The notes: generated by a model not told the origin, from the sequence alone. Shown: positions 1 to 15,500, numbered from the stretch's first letter. The stretch: DNA of 64,000 nucleotides from Tubiluchus corallicola (GCA_030141605.1 JAQGDQ010000138.1:310001-374000), one strand, 5' to 3'. Numbers and translations are program-made.

Positions 1-140
1 ATTAAAAACCTTTGCAGTGCATACTAGGCTGATGACTCATACTTCTATACCAGTAATACTACACCCATCGGTTAATAGGCTCAGTCAGTTAATTGGGTCA
101 AAACACATCGGTCCCAAAGTGAGTCTATTAAGCAGCGCCT

Positions 141-143
<3 letters not shown>
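1..143 (+). mobile_element. Right end of a pogo/Tigger-like MITE (same family as 22340 and 46085), running into a (TA)n/(GT)n tract
   Basis: Similar to 46710-46853, including the terminal GTGAGTCTATTAAGCA. Confidence 0.65.
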
Positions 144-179
<36 letters not shown>

Positions 180-549
180 GTGTGTATGTGTGTGCGTGTG
201 TGCGTGTGTGCGTGGTCTTTCGGGAGCATTTCCGCTTACACTTATACAACTCAAGCTGATTGATTTCTTTTGTTGTATTGTCCCAGTCGCTAATTAATTT
301 AATACATAGTTTCTGAATGTCTTATTCCCGTGTCTTACATTAGAGGAAATCCTTTGGCCTTCAATGTTTTTCTGGTGATAGAATAAACAATTTGGAACAT
401 TCATCAAATTCATTTATAGTAATATAACCACTATATGTTATGTCTTGTTTTGTAGAAGAAAATTCTTTTATGGTCAAAAGACACTGAGGACATTATCCAA
501 ATGCCTTGAAACAAGACACTGTATTGATTTTTGTAAGATATGTGTGAAG

Positions 550-3500
550 ATGTCTGCAACAGATAATCAGTGCTTCCAGTTACAGGTACATTTATAATAC
601 TGATGACATAGTTTGAATAATAATTCCCATAATTATTATTAATTGTTTCTTAACACTGGTTTTTCCATGCGTGTTAATGAATTCTGAAAGGAGCCATCTT
701 GCCACATGTTTGATTTTTAAGCATTTCACAAATAATGTAAGTACCCACAACTTGTACTGTAGCAAATGTCTAAGGAATTTTTTGGATTTTATAAATTCAT
801 CATAAAATATCACTTTTTGCTGTTGATGATTACTTTGTGATAGACTTGTATTGAAAAAGGTGATATTGATGATTCTGGCAACTAATGAAAACTGTTTAGT
901 GCACACTTATTTGCATTATCATTTACTAATATTGTTATAGTATTTTTGTTAACATTCTACACAGCGCTCTCCTCAGGGCCTGATCAGAGACTATAAAACA
1001 AACAAAACATAACTTTATTTTCGCTTAAACACAGTTACAAAATGTGTGTTTGCAGTGGTAAGGATGTCTCCATACTGGACTTTGCCAGGATATAGTCTGC
1101 ATATCGCCCGTAAAAAGAACACTCATGTTTTGCTGTGTGCTCATATTTCTTCATAAAGTTTGTCAGTTAGGAAATGAGACTACACTAGTTGCTGCATTAT
1201 TGTCATAAGTAAGATTTTAAGTATATAGGCCGTATAATCTTGAAGAATTTTAAACCACCTCAGTATTCCAGTTTTTAAAGATTGTCCTGTATTATCTGTT
1301 TTTATTCACTTGTAGCGATTGTTTATACAACAGTACTGTGGCTTTGTTTATAGTTCCTGTACTGTAGTCCACAAAACACTCTACTGGTAACCCACATAAT
1401 TTATTTAATGAAAAATAGCTACAAGCTTAATTTTTACTGATTGTAAACCTACTTTACATTAGTTTTATATACAATGATACACTAACCATTGTTTATTTTG
1501 TTGTGCATTTTTCTTTTTAGGGTATCAACAGATTATATTTAAAAATCTCTTCAAGAAAAACAAGTATAACAGGACCCATAAAAGGAAATCACCAGGTAAA
1601 AATTTGTATCATAGAAATGCTTCGTGTATATTTAGTAATCACTTTACTGTGCGATGATGCCTCATTAGCATTTACAGCTTTTTCTAATATTACATACAGG
1701 AACAGTATTTAGCTACATATTTTGCATACAATGATACAAAACCATCCCAAACATTAAAGTGAACTAAGGCCATTTTAAAATTGATTCCATTCTTACTACA
1801 TAGTATCATCTTGGCACACCTCATATGCATCAGCATTTCTCTGTTAGATGTAATCAGAAAGTATCCATAAGTTTGGATAACACTTTTGGAGAAGACATGT
1901 TGCTATGTGTGATTTCCCTATACATTCAAAGGAAAACAGCATTTATTTTTCATATCCTATCCCATTTTAAAGTATCTTAAAAAGTATACATTTTAACCAC
2001 TATGATAATAACAAAACATTTCTAATTATAGGTTCAAAACTTAATTAACGGCAACTGAACATGATTTTTGGTAGCACTAGCATTCCTTGAACATGTTCCA
2101 CATGTTTGCAAAAGAGAAAACTTAACTATAGTGCTACAGTACAATCTTCAGTGTGATAGAAGAAAGCTTGGCATATTTAAGTTCAAATTTCAAGTTCACA
2201 CATGAGGTCTGGAACACGTACACTACATCTTTCAAATGAACAACTCTGAACTGAGAGCCTAGCACCTTCTTTTTGTGCAACTCATTTCTGAGGTGTAACT
2301 TGTTTCTCAGATGCAGGTACTAGTGCCCATCTAACGGGCAAATGGCGAAATGTATGTAACAGTGAAGAACTAGCCATGCAAATGAGAAATTAGGCTTCTG
2401 TGGTAATAATTCTTTCACATAAGCCATTCTTCATAAAACAGCTTATTCTCTTTCAATATTTTGTGGGTACAACATTGTTTTGAGCTATAGTTTATGATTG
2501 GGTCCAGTTTTCCTTTTATGTTTTGTATTGTGATTATATCTTTGCAGATATTATAAACGATTACATGTACAGGATCAAATGAAATGACAAATTCGCATGA
2601 ACTAGTAGAATTAAGAAACTTTTATCTGAAAGCACTAAGCTTTTTGGCATTTTTCAATGATTTATGATTTTCCAGTCGTCTGAACAAATCATTTAAATAC
2701 ATTTAAATGGTTTTGGTTATATTATTGTACATATTTTTTTCAGAACAGTGAATTTGAACAAAAATATGTGCTCTGTTAATTTCTTTTTTTGAAATTTGTT
2801 GAAGTGGATGCTTGTTTCAGGTGAAAGAATTGATATTGCTTTTGGATGATTGTCACCAAGGCTGTACTGCAGTTGCACTTGCCTCTGGGTCTGCTCTTCT
2901 GCAACTTGTAAAAGAAGATGTGATTGATGCAGACTTTCTGCTCAATGATTTACTGGCTTTATGGCCATCTGCAAGGTAAGCTATTTGTAAAAGTATATTT
3001 GTTTCTGAGATACCAGCCAGTAAAATAAAGTAAAAACAATTTCAAGTTTAAAGCTATCTAGCTACTTTTTATGCAATTTGACATCCTGCAAGTTGGAGAT
3101 CAGCATTCAGCGGCAAGGACTACTCACCAGTGACCTTTGTGGCGAGACCGGAGACCAGCAGCTGGTATTTTGGCCTCATTTTGATGTGACTACATCATTC
3201 CACCATGAGGTAAACAGCCAGAATTAGTATTGATAAATAAAGCCAACCTAAAGTGAGCATTAAATGCAGGCATTCGTGAACTCTTCACTGATCAGACTCA
3301 GTCTTGTTTAACTTCGGTTATAAAACCCACACTGTTATTTACTCGGCTACTCTTTGACAAAAATTTTTTCACACTAAATAAGAAGATTAATTTTGTGCTG
3401 AAATGTTTTTATTACATGATTTGCTTTGATACAAATCTTAGGAATCTACATGGAATTGTGTATGCAATCTCAGGGTTGTTGCAGTATCAAATTATCCAGT

Positions 3501-6500
3501 TAGATGACAGCAAACAGCCAACTGCTACTAATTACTTTAGTAAATACAGTTTGAGGTGAGTGTTTCTTTTATCGTTATTCTTGACCAGTGTCAAAAGCAG
3601 TGCAAATTCTTCAATGCAAGTATTGATGGTTTTAGTGTGCTTAAATTTTTGACTTTAGTAACTTTTTGAAGAATGCTAACATTTTGGCCGTCAACATTGA
3701 TAATTGCCGAAAAAGCTGGATAATATAGTTACGTTCCTCCAACACACTGCATTGTTTGACCAGTGCCTGTGGGTAGTAACACGAGAAACTTTTGCACAAA
3801 AAATACTAAACTATACAGTAAATCAGTAGCTACAAGGACCAGTTCAAAATAATTCCGGGGACAGAGAAGAATGTTAATCATTAAGCTCAGACTGAAGATT
3901 TTTTATCGAAATAGTTTCAAAAATGTGTAAATCAAAGTTACTGACAGCAGACTGTAACATTTTAAAATGATCAACTTTTAAATGAGTCTTGAATCTTTTC
4001 TTGTTGTTACAGTAATTGTTTAGATGTTCTTTGTTACAGTTCTTTGTCTTGGTTGTTTTTTTTTGTTGGAAAACTAATATAAACAATTTTACGTGTCCAC
4101 TGGTTCTATATTCACATACATAGATAATGTTATCTCACATGAGTGTATCACACATTTTTTCATTTTTGCATGTTATATTGAGCTTTTGTAATATGTAACC
4201 GATTCTGTGTATGTTTACAGAGCTCCACCGCATCCGTTTATTTCCTTGTTAAATGGGCGTCCTGAATGCTGGACTTTACTATTAGATGAGGTGCAGAAGA
4301 TCCTTCTGCATGAAAATTCCAAGTAAGCTTGGTTAATTAGTTTTTTAATACTTAAAGTATAAGTTATAATGCAACTTTATTAATAATTGGGATCATTTAG
4401 TGATATTTATTAAAACAAACCACGTATTACTGGCTTAAAATAGACAAAGTAATTGACGTATTTGAAGGTAATAGCTGTTAATTGATTTAAATTCATTTAT
4501 TTTTTACCACTTCATAATTACAGTTGCATCAATAGCAATCTTTAGTTGCTGCAAAATTGTCTTAATTAAGTAATGTAGCTTGAACATTTCAGTTTTTAGC
4601 TAAGTCACCAGAAATATTTTCATGGTAGGATTAGCTGTTCTAATTCATATCTACACAGTAGGATTCTTATGAAGACTTTGCAGAGTTAAGAGAATTGACT
4701 ATGTTCTCAAACATTCTTAACTCTGATATAAATTTATGGCAGCCAGCAAGAATGCAATCTATAATCAGACGGCTTAAGATTACTAGCAGAATTTTAAATA
4801 TTACCTGCTGTGATATTCTCTCTAAACAGCGATTATCTCTAACAGTTGCAAGTGCAGGACATCAAACCACTTTTGCCATAGGGATGACCAGCCAAAAACA
4901 AACTATGATTTCTTTAGCAAGAAGTTAACTATGTAAAAATCTGTTTCATGCCACTAATAAAGATGTGAATAAATGGATTGTTAAGTTTAACAAAACTCAG
5001 AAAGGATGATTATTATATTCCTGTAATCTCTACGCAGTGCTAATAGTGTCTATCACAGCATCTAGTCTGACGTAGCTAACTCATTAATAAAGCGTGCAAC
5101 TAAGTAATTAAGAAATTTGGCAGATTAAATTTGGCAGCCTTGTGTGGCAAAACACTATTTTTCATGACTCACAGCTTGTGTGTTCAGGCCAAAAGCATTT
5201 AATAACTGAGTGCTTGTTGTTAAATAATAGTAGATGTTAATAACAGTTAGTTGAATGTGCCAGTGGTTGTTTTTATTTGCAATTTCCTCACTGCCACCAA
5301 ATCTTAATAATTGGATGCCTTTGTATCTAATAGGTATCTGAGTCGGATTTTTGCTACCTGTGTAAACACTGTTAGTTTTGTAAGCTGCTTGTGAGCTAAA
5401 CATGGGCAAACAAGTATAAGTTGTTAGTTTAATTCAATTAATTTCTCTACTTTAGGATCAGAAATTCTGCGGTACATGCACTTAGAGCCTTCTTCAAGTA
5501 TGTGTTGATTCATCCTAATCCGTCTAAATCATGGCAGCCACTTATTCGGGAATTACACTATTGTCTGTTATATGCACATGTCACTGCCGGAATGACTAAC
5601 TGTAATAGCGCTAGTCACACATATAATTTTCTATTAGATGTTATCCCTTGGATGCAGGTTAGTTTTCCTTGTTTTCAGTTTCTATGAATTATTTCTTGGT
5701 TTTAGTTGTTAACAAGTATGGCTCCCCCTGCTTTAGTAGTGTCAACTACTGACTGCCTGACTCCTGAGATGACAATGTTTCAACTGAAGTGTGAGTTTTG
5801 AAAAAGCTGCTGGTCAGTGAGTGATTATATGAGTGTGTGATAAAAAACAATTAATTAAATAAACAAAATACAACTGATCCAGGTCCACACCAAAATTTAA
5901 GTAGTTGTTCCTTGTTCCATGCTTCACTGCTCCCCAGAGTTTCGTGGAAATCGGTTGTGGTTTTTATGTGATCCTGTTGACTAACTGACAAATGAACAAA
6001 CAAACAAACCACCGTAAGAACATAGCCTCTTTGGCAGAGGTAATAAATGTGACTGAATGACTGAATAACTAGAAGACCCTCAACAGAGGTGCAGATCCAT
6101 GAAGTTACATAATATGAAGTTACTATGGACAAAAAGTTAATTTATTTTGATGTTTTTTGACCATGTAACCTTGACCTTACACCCTTGAAGCCAAAATCAG
6201 TATGTTCCCCAAGTCTTGCCCAGACATGTCTCCTTGCCAAGTTTGGTGATATAACTTCATCGGTTCTGATTTTATTGTCTGGTTTAATACATATAAAAAC
6301 AAATGGCGCAACTAGCTAAATGCCTTACCCCGTGCACTGAACTGTTGCAAGCTGACATCACTACCTATAAAATACAGTTATTTGAACGGAAATAACTGTA
6401 TTTCATGCCACTAACAAAGGTGTGAATAAATGGATTGTTAAGTTTAACAAAACTCAAAAAGGATGATTATTATATTCCCGTATATACTGCATAGGGACGC

Positions 6501-9500
6501 AGTGCTAATAGTGTCTATCACAGCATCTAACTCATTAATAAAGCGTGCAATTAAGTAATAAATACAGTTATTTGAACGTTTTTTATTTATTGGAGAAACC
6601 TTTAATAATGTGCTTCAGCTTAAGCTGTTATGACAAAGTACTAATAAAATTTATATTTTTAAGTTCATTTTGTAAATTTGTTATTTTATTTTCAGGTAGA
6701 CAGTATTGAAGAGGCAAAGAGTGTTTCATTGTTGCTGCAACATTTCTGTACAGTGCTGGTCATGTCAAAGTCCTTACATACGTCACGATTTTGCTCACGT
6801 TTGGTTTGTCGTGTCATCATGCATGTTTTCAGTGTTAGTTTTCACGATATGGACACATCTTTTCTTCTTCACGCATGTGCTCAGCTTACAGAAGTGTCAT
6901 CCATTGAGGTAACATTAATTATTTTCTCAAAACAGCAGAAAGATCATGGAATTGATGCTAAAATTTATTCTGCTGCTGCATTAATTTTTCATTTGTTTTT
7001 CAATTTTGGGAGCTACCTTACTTAACTATGCATGTATTTATTAAATTGCAAAATTATTTTGTATAGGACTGTTCATGTATTTATCTTCTTTACCTACATA
7101 AAACTGTAATTTTATTTTTGCAGTTTCACCACTTTCATTGTAGTTATTTTTAGGTTAGAAAGCCAAATTTAATTTAATTTATGTTAGTTATTGGGTGAAT
7201 TTTGGTTTTGTCATCTGAAAAAATATGAATATTTTTTACAATTATATTTTTACAGTTTTCATATGCAGAACAGATCCTGATTGTGGCTGCACGATTAATG
7301 AGGACCATTCCAGTAACAGCTCTTTGTTCATTATTAGAAATAAGTATGGTCAAAATTCACAATTTTTATCAACTAGCCAATAATTATAAGCAGTATTTAT
7401 TAAATACTTTGTTGTGTTGTGACTTATTTCATGCTTGGATGATATTGCAGCTTGATTTATAGCAGCATATTGTCAAATTTTCAATCAGTCATTTGAGAAT
7501 TTACACTGCAATTGAAACTTGTTTACCAGTTATTTTATCTTTTGATTTTCAGTCAGAAACATCTATGTCATTCAGAGAGCAAGTGTTATCAAGCTTTGTT
7601 CAGCCATGTTGTTGACCCAGCTACAACAGATACTTGTTTTAGTCAACACAGTGATTGACCACAATGTGCAGCATGTGAGCAAGGTGGCCAAGGAACTGTT
7701 AGTACTTACAGAACAAACAATTTTTCAACAACCACAGGCAGAGGTAACAAGAAATTTCATCTTTGTGTGCTTTTGATTAACAGTATTTTTAACTTTTTTT
7801 GCATTTATGGAAAAGAATAGAATTTTCCCCATTTTGCTTGTAGTACAGCCTCTATTTATAGTTTACTGTAAAAACTTATTCTATGTTTAATGGAACTAAT
7901 ATTCTAAAGCTGGACCTTAAGCTTGAGCTGATATGAAATGCTATAAATTAGCATTATTTTTCTTTATGAAAAGAGTGGTCAAACTGTGCTTCTGTAATTC
8001 TGATAAGATTACCTTTGCTGATGCATGCTTTACTACTACTACTACTATAGTTGGTTATATTTCAGTAGGTATTGTTTAATTAAGTGGATTGACATAGTAT
8101 GAAATGAAAATTTTATTTCTAAAAGAAGACTCCTTTTTTATTTTGGCTGCTAATAACATGCATAAGTTTGAATTAGTAAAGTGAAACTTGCCGTATAATA
8201 CTTTGTGAAGCGTCTTCTGTTTAGTACATTTTGCATATGCAGTCATGATCAAGGCAGTTTAAGCAGAGTAGTGCTTGGGCTGATAGCCTATATTTTAATG
8301 CTGTATTTTTTCTGTCTGGTGGTAACTTACTCAGAAAACAACATACCTAACGTGTACACTGTAATTGTAAGCATCTTATAGTTTTATGTTCAACTGTTGA
8401 TTTCACTCTTTAGCCTGTTCGCTCACATTTTTATTGTTCAAAAGCCTATATTTAAATTTTACTTTTTAAACTAATATGCTTTTTTGTCGTCAATGTGATG
8501 TGGCTTTAAAATAAATTTTGGTGCCAGTTTATCAAATATTTCTCTTTCACAATTCATTTAACTAAATTTGCATTTTTGGTTTGAATATTTTGCTCTTACA
8601 TGGTTTGGTTTGCATAGTAGGTAGGGAAAGTATGCAAAGTTTTTGTGTACTTTCCTACCTACTCACATACTAGTAGGTAGGGAAAGTATTGTAAAAGTAT
8701 GTGACAGATATATACCATAACATACATTGCAGCTCCAAATGACTGGGAAAGTTGTGCACGAGAGATCTGCAGGAAAAGTACCTGGCACATTTCAAGCTTT
8801 TACAAGTCTGATAAAGCAGCTCGAGTTTAACAGAAAGGGTCGAAATGAATGGCTTCTTCGCATTTCAAGTACTAAACCATCTGCAGAAACGGTACTAATA
8901 GTTAATGCTATCCTACTGCTGGGATTTGAAAAAGATACCACTGAGAGTGCCCTAAAAGCAGCCATTTTACTTGCTAAGATTTATCCCAATGAGGTAAATA
9001 TCATCACCAATATAGCTAATCTGCTGTCTTTAACAGTGAAAATTTAAATATTTTATATCGAAATCAGTACAAAGTACGAAAGTGGAAGTAATGAAGAGAA
9101 TTCTTACTTGAACAAACATATGTTTAGTTTTTGTTTTATCTTTACAAAATGTTAGCGTAAATATGCAAACTTGAAGAACTTGCATCATAAAAACATTAAT
9201 TCATAAAAACCTAAATTGTTTTAATTAAAATATTGTTCTTTTAAAATGTTTTACTTGTTTGTTGCAAAATTATCCCTCCATTTTTAATTTTATTATGCAT
9301 GCTTGAAATGGTTTTGTGCTTGCTCAGATTTAGCTCTTGCAAAACTGTGTTGTCGCAATAAAAAAAACGTTATTATAAAAAAAAGCAGTAACAGTCAACT
9401 TTTTTATTTGGAAATGACACATTTCAGTCTGTTGTTAATTCTTATTGCATGGCTATACACTTCATGTAACTTGTATCTTTACGTTGTAGTAGATTACAAC

Positions 9501-12500
9501 ATTTTCCTAATTGTGGCTTTATTTATCTCCATTAGGTAGAAAAGTTTTCATTTTCCTTAGTAAAGGACAGCTAACTATTTCGCGTTGTTTTACTGAACTT
9601 TAAAATTGTTTCCAGGCAATCTGCAGTTTCTGGGTGTTAATGTACAAACTAAATCTAGTGACTGATGCTGAGTTAAAGCATAAGATACTGAATGCACTTC
9701 CACACTTTGCCACCCATCAGGTACGTTTTAATAAAGGTACAATGTGTATAAAGTTAAGTTAATGCTATTTGACATAGGAAAGAAAAACAAAAAACTGCTG
9801 CTGACTGATACCTTTCTCTTGTATAGGCATATTCTGGTAAATTTGTGATGCGAAAAACGCTTCTTTCATGGAAAAACTTTCTTTAAACGTTTATTTATTC
9901 AATATAATACCTTTAGTGAACAGTCCAAAGTGAACTGATAAAATTGCTTTATGCTTATTATACAGTTGTTAACAAAAGCAAACTCTATAAACTTGTTTGT
10001 TTTAATGTAAATCACATAGCTGTGCAAAACAACTTTGATTTCGACTTATTTTAAACTTGAATGCAAATTACACTAATTTCATCATCTGTGTTTTGCTAGT
10101 GACTTCACTTGACTTTCAAATCACTTACTGGCTAGCTAAATAAATATGTGGTTATTAAATATGACTAGTAACTCATATTTTCAAGCTATATCAAAGTAAT
10201 GAAATAACTTCTCATCTCTACTATAATTCTTTGCTAGACTTGGCTTTACAATGATTGTTTTAGTCGAGAATTCTTAAAACCAAGATTAGTTACTTTGAAC
10301 ATATTAAATGTTTATACTAATAGGTTCATTACCTTCTCAGTGGTTATAGAGTCTTAATTAATAATACTTCTAATTTAATGCTTTATTTTCCCTTATCAGT
10401 TGTGTGTGACTCCAATACTCAAAACTTTTCAAGCTTTACTGGTTCATCCAAAGCTGAAGGCTACTGCCGTGCAGCTTCTGTCAGAATTATGTGCATTACA
10501 AGAACGCTGCTTTCCACACCTGTCCAAGGTTAGTGGCCAATTCTAAATTTACTTTTAGTTAAGGTTTATGTGAGCCTGGTCTTCGCTCTTGAAATTCGTC
10601 TTTGTAAAGACAGTTTTATGTAAATTCATTTTGTAACTGTCTAAAATGTAATGAAGTTTAACTAATGCAAATTTTTCCAATAAAGTAGTAGCTCATTAGC
10701 TGCAGAACTGTTGTCTGTTTGATTCTATGCTTTTCCTGATAATGGAAGGATTTTTTTAAGTAAGGGAAAAAGTCATTAGTCAAAAAGGTTCTAACATTTG
10801 TATAACTTTACCAGTTTCATGGAAATATCAACCAAATTAAACATCATGTCTTTACAAAGCTTATCACACAATGACCTGGTACTTCCTGGTACATCACAAT
10901 TAATGCCATGTCTAATTTCTTTCTTCTAGTTTTAGAAATCTTGTATCTCTTATTTGTGAAAAATATAAAACTGCAAATAAAATCAATATAATTATCAAGA
11001 ATTTCAGTAAAACAAGACACAATAAAAATGGTAAAAATGGTAAAAATGGTAATGGTAATGGTATATGGCATTCAAAAATTCATATTCTACTTGCTTTAAC
11101 AATTAACCTTTATACCAGAACTGAAAAAATGACATGGTCAGATATCTCGACAAATGTGTCTTCTCAGTTTTTGTTCTTTATTACTCGCTAAACCAATATT
11201 CACTTCTCATTCCACAGAAGTTTTGTGAGAGATACGTTGTATTGATTGGGAATCCTGTGTTTGATATCTGGTATAGTGTAGGTGTTTAGAAATAGGTCAA
11301 AATTTTTTTATGTTTTTTGCAGACATTGATAAAATGATTAATGAAACATTTTCTAAACATGCTGCAAACAAGCATAATATGTATCATCTGAGTATTGATG
11401 GTTGTATTTATTACAAGATTTTATCTGTTTGCATTTTGTAGATTCTGCTAGAAAATGAAGAAACTGGCGATGGCAAAGACATGATAGACGAACTACTTGT
11501 TAGTAAAATGTTGGCTGTACGAAGGATTTCGCAAGAAAGGTATGTCTAACACAGTACAATTCTATGCGGTCTTATGCTGGTAGTTGACCAGCAGTGTTAA
11601 AACAGAGCTTAAAGATATGTACTAATAAGTTTGAGTGTCTCGCTGAGTTTCTACACTTTTATTTTACTTGTCATATTGCCTGTTAGATGCTTGTTGATTT
11701 CTTACTTGCAACATAAAGAGTCTTGCACCAGACTAATGTGATTTTACAAAATCCGTTACTTTTTTCACAGTAAAGTAATAATGCACTATGTTTTTATTTT
11801 AGGCCTTTTCAACACGGACCTGCTCTAATGCCTGTCATCTCACAAGTCCTTACTAACTGTACAGATGATGCGGGCACTATACCCTCTGTGTTAGCTTTAG
11901 AAACTCTTTATGCATTATGCGAAGCTGAGGTATAGTTTAACTTTAAGAAGTTAAAGGCATAATATAGTAAGAATGTCTAAACAATATTTTTCAGCTTTTT
12001 AATATTAAGACTGTTCGTTTTCCTCACAAAAGTACATTTCTTAACAAAAATGGGTTCTGTTAATTAATAGATGTATAACCAAAAAGATTGCTTATCGTAT
12101 TAGAAAGTTATATACTGAGGAACAGGCCAGCTAAGAGGTCAAAAATATTTCACTACATATGCCACATAACAAACAGGCATCCTGAGATTATCAGAGAATG
12201 CGTAGTTCTGTCGTTTGGTAGGGCCTATGTATTCGCGAATGTTCTTTGTTAATATGTTTAATTTCAGGCAAGTTTGATTCTGTGAATTTGGCATAACAAC
12301 TGTACGAAACTAGACTTACTGATTTTACCTTTTTGAATAGGTTGTCGATCTACGCACTGTTTGGACAGTGTTGGCAAAAAGGCTGGAGAGTGATAAGCGA
12401 CCGTTAATTGCTGAGCAGACTTGTCGCCTGCTGTCCTTAGTGCCATCTCTTTCTTTACAAACTGCACAATATGAGGTGTGTATTTAGACATGTCATAATT

Positions 12501-15500
12501 GGGCACTATAATGCATTTACGGTGTTAACTTTATATTTAGAAGGGCGTGAGTTCACTCCTGCACAAAAGTCTCACTTGATGTGTCTTTGCTTGATGTGGG
12601 AGTTTACTGGCTTAAAAACAGGACAAAGTGACCATGAAACAGGAGCTGATGTGCATTCACTATTTTTGTTAGTGACAGTCAATCAAAGCCTCTCATCCTT
12701 TAATATTGCCTAGTAGTCCTGTAACTAACTATGTAAGCTAAGCTTGATAAGCAATTTTTACCGGTTTTTTAATTAGTAAAGATGAATCTTTATTTCTTGT
12801 GCATGTACATTAAGTTTATTCAATCTTAAAAAACTGTTTTGCTGGATTTTAGGCATTCACTGAATTAGTAGTAGAGAGGCTGTGGAAAGTGGCATTAACT
12901 GCATCAGATTCTAGAGTTCAGGGAAAGACGTGGTTGGCATTGTCCGAGTTTTCGTCCACTTATTTCACCCTAAAACATCTGCCGCCAGAGGTAATTAACG
13001 TAAATAATGACCTTCAGAAAAAAATTGGTAAATTATGTGTGTTTAAATACAATCTACTTAACTGTCCTTTCTTTAGAATACATTTATTCATTCACTTATG
13101 GAACTGTTAGCTACTTTACTCATTTAGGTGTCGTCACTGTAAACTTTATATGATGGACAACCATGGCTGATAACAATAATATTCTAAGAGTTTAAATATT
13201 GCAATCAAAATTCTGCTAAAGAGCAGAATATTTTTGATTTACCTTATTCTTAGCACCTTCATTTCTTTATAACTCGCAAATGCACAGGATTAAGGTAACA
13301 AAACTCACAGGGCGCATTCCCTGCATATGACATTTACATTTTTATGTGATGGAGTAGTCCTGGCCTAAGATCACGGAACAGATGATTCATTGTTTTTCCA
13401 TTACCTAAAGCTCCTGAGCTATGGATGCAATTTGTTTTATTTCATTATAGGTGAGGCTGAACTCTTGTGCATGGACTTTATGAAATTTCATTGTTCAGGG
13501 TTTTGTAGCATCGTGTAGCAAAAACAAAGAATGACTTTAAATCGGCTTAACATGAAAAACTTTAGCCCTGTTTTGTTCACTCTTCAACAAAGCGAGCAAC
13601 ATTAACTAAATCATGATCGTTATTAATGGTTGCTATGTAGGGCTTTAGCTAAAGTAATAAAGTAAGCGGTTATTTGCTTATTGTTCATAATGCCATCAGT
13701 CTCCTGCTATTAATCCTCACCTCAGCATAGTGAAACTTCAAACATTTCATAAACATTAGAAGAGTTTTGGAATTGCACCAGGGTTTTAATAGCAAATTCC
13801 AATAAAAGTAACTGCACTGCCAACACAGGTCAACAAAAACAGTAAAACAACATAGAAACAGAGTCGTTGAGGAGAAATCCAGTTGGGTAGTTTCAAGGTT
13901 CTGGTAAACTTCCTCCCTACTTCCATCAGGACACAAACAGGTGAGCAAATTGTAAATTGTCTAGCTCTCATTAGACAAACGAAAGACCAAGGACAACACA
14001 AATGCTAAGGAAAAATTCCAAAGGCAATGGGGACAATACATAATCACAATGCTCTAGTATACATTTGCCCCTCAACAAATCTACTGTTAATTTGGCTAGT
14101 ATCTTACACACTAATGTATATTAATTCATCTATATTATATATATCATATACATACTTGCATACATAAATAGAATTTTGTGAAACATAATTTGCTGATAAA
14201 ACAATTTACATTTTTTACTAACTTGCTAGGCAAAGCCATTGATTCCTTATTTTTGCTTGTCACGATAACACTGTACTATAGAACTAAATACACAAACTAG
14301 ATAAATACAAACATAATAAATCTATGTAGTCTGCTTATCAACAGAGCAGAACGTAGCAGCATCATGTCAGCTAGAATAGTTGTACAAAGCAAATAGTTTT
14401 ACAGAAACAATGAAAATGTGTAATGTCTAAAATTAAGGACTATCAATACACTTTCACTGCAAATATCACATAAATGAGATTACTGGTCCTCAAGCGAAAA
14501 TAATGCCCCAATACCAGGCAAATATCTCTCAAAGATTAGTTCTGATGTTCTTGATTTTGAGTATTGCACCAATGTTTTTGAACTGTAGCCTCATTTAGAC
14601 TAAAGTATTAAATCATGAGTTTTCTTTTACACATCAACAACAGCAGATTTGATTTTTCCAAATGAGATTACTGGTCTTCAAGCAAAAATAATGCCTCAAT
14701 ACCAGGCAAATGTCTCTCTATTAGTTCTGATGATCTTGATTTTGAGTGTTGCACCAATGTTTTTGAACTGTAGCCTCATTTAGACTAAAGTATTAAAGCA
14801 TGAGTTTTCTCTTATGCATCAACAACAGCAGATTTGATTTTTCCATATTTGAACTGCATCTTAGCTATAACATAAAAATTTTTTGGGACGTTTTATGCAA
14901 CTTTTCCGCAATGCAAAGACAAAATGTTGGTGAGTTGTCTTGTTCACATGCACAGATTAACTATCGATGGCTTTGTATTGCTGCTAGGCATTTATCTATT
15001 CTTATAGTTTGAGCAGCTAAAATATGGCAAAATCTGGAGACCTCAAAATTATTATAGATTTGTTGTGATTACTTCAGTTTTAGACATTCTGAATGCAGAA
15101 ACGGCCATTGTCCGAGAAAATCGGCTGTTGCCTTCTGTGTTGATATCATTTGCTGGACATAGTAACTTTCTAACACAACGACAGAAGTCCTTCATAAGCA
15201 GGAAATGTATAATTGGATCCAGAAGAGAGTTTAAGACGAAACTCAGTGATTTTACTGGTTTACTTTCATCTTGCGCTTTTGTGATAGTTAGTATTACCAT
15301 GTGAAACATAGTTGGTGCAATAAGTATCATTGATGAACCAATAATTAATGCTGACATTCTAGCTGCTTTCACTTGTACAAGCAAGCCGACAGTAGAATTC
15401 TTTGATAGTCGCAGAGTACTGTCGACTTTGTTCAATCGTCTTATTGCCCTTACAGTGATTGTAGTATAAGCATATATCATGAAAATCATTGCTATGAAAT

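Noticed and set aside
17-259. 80-aa ORF at the window start
   Set aside because: Made of a MITE end plus (TA)n/(GT)n microsatellites.
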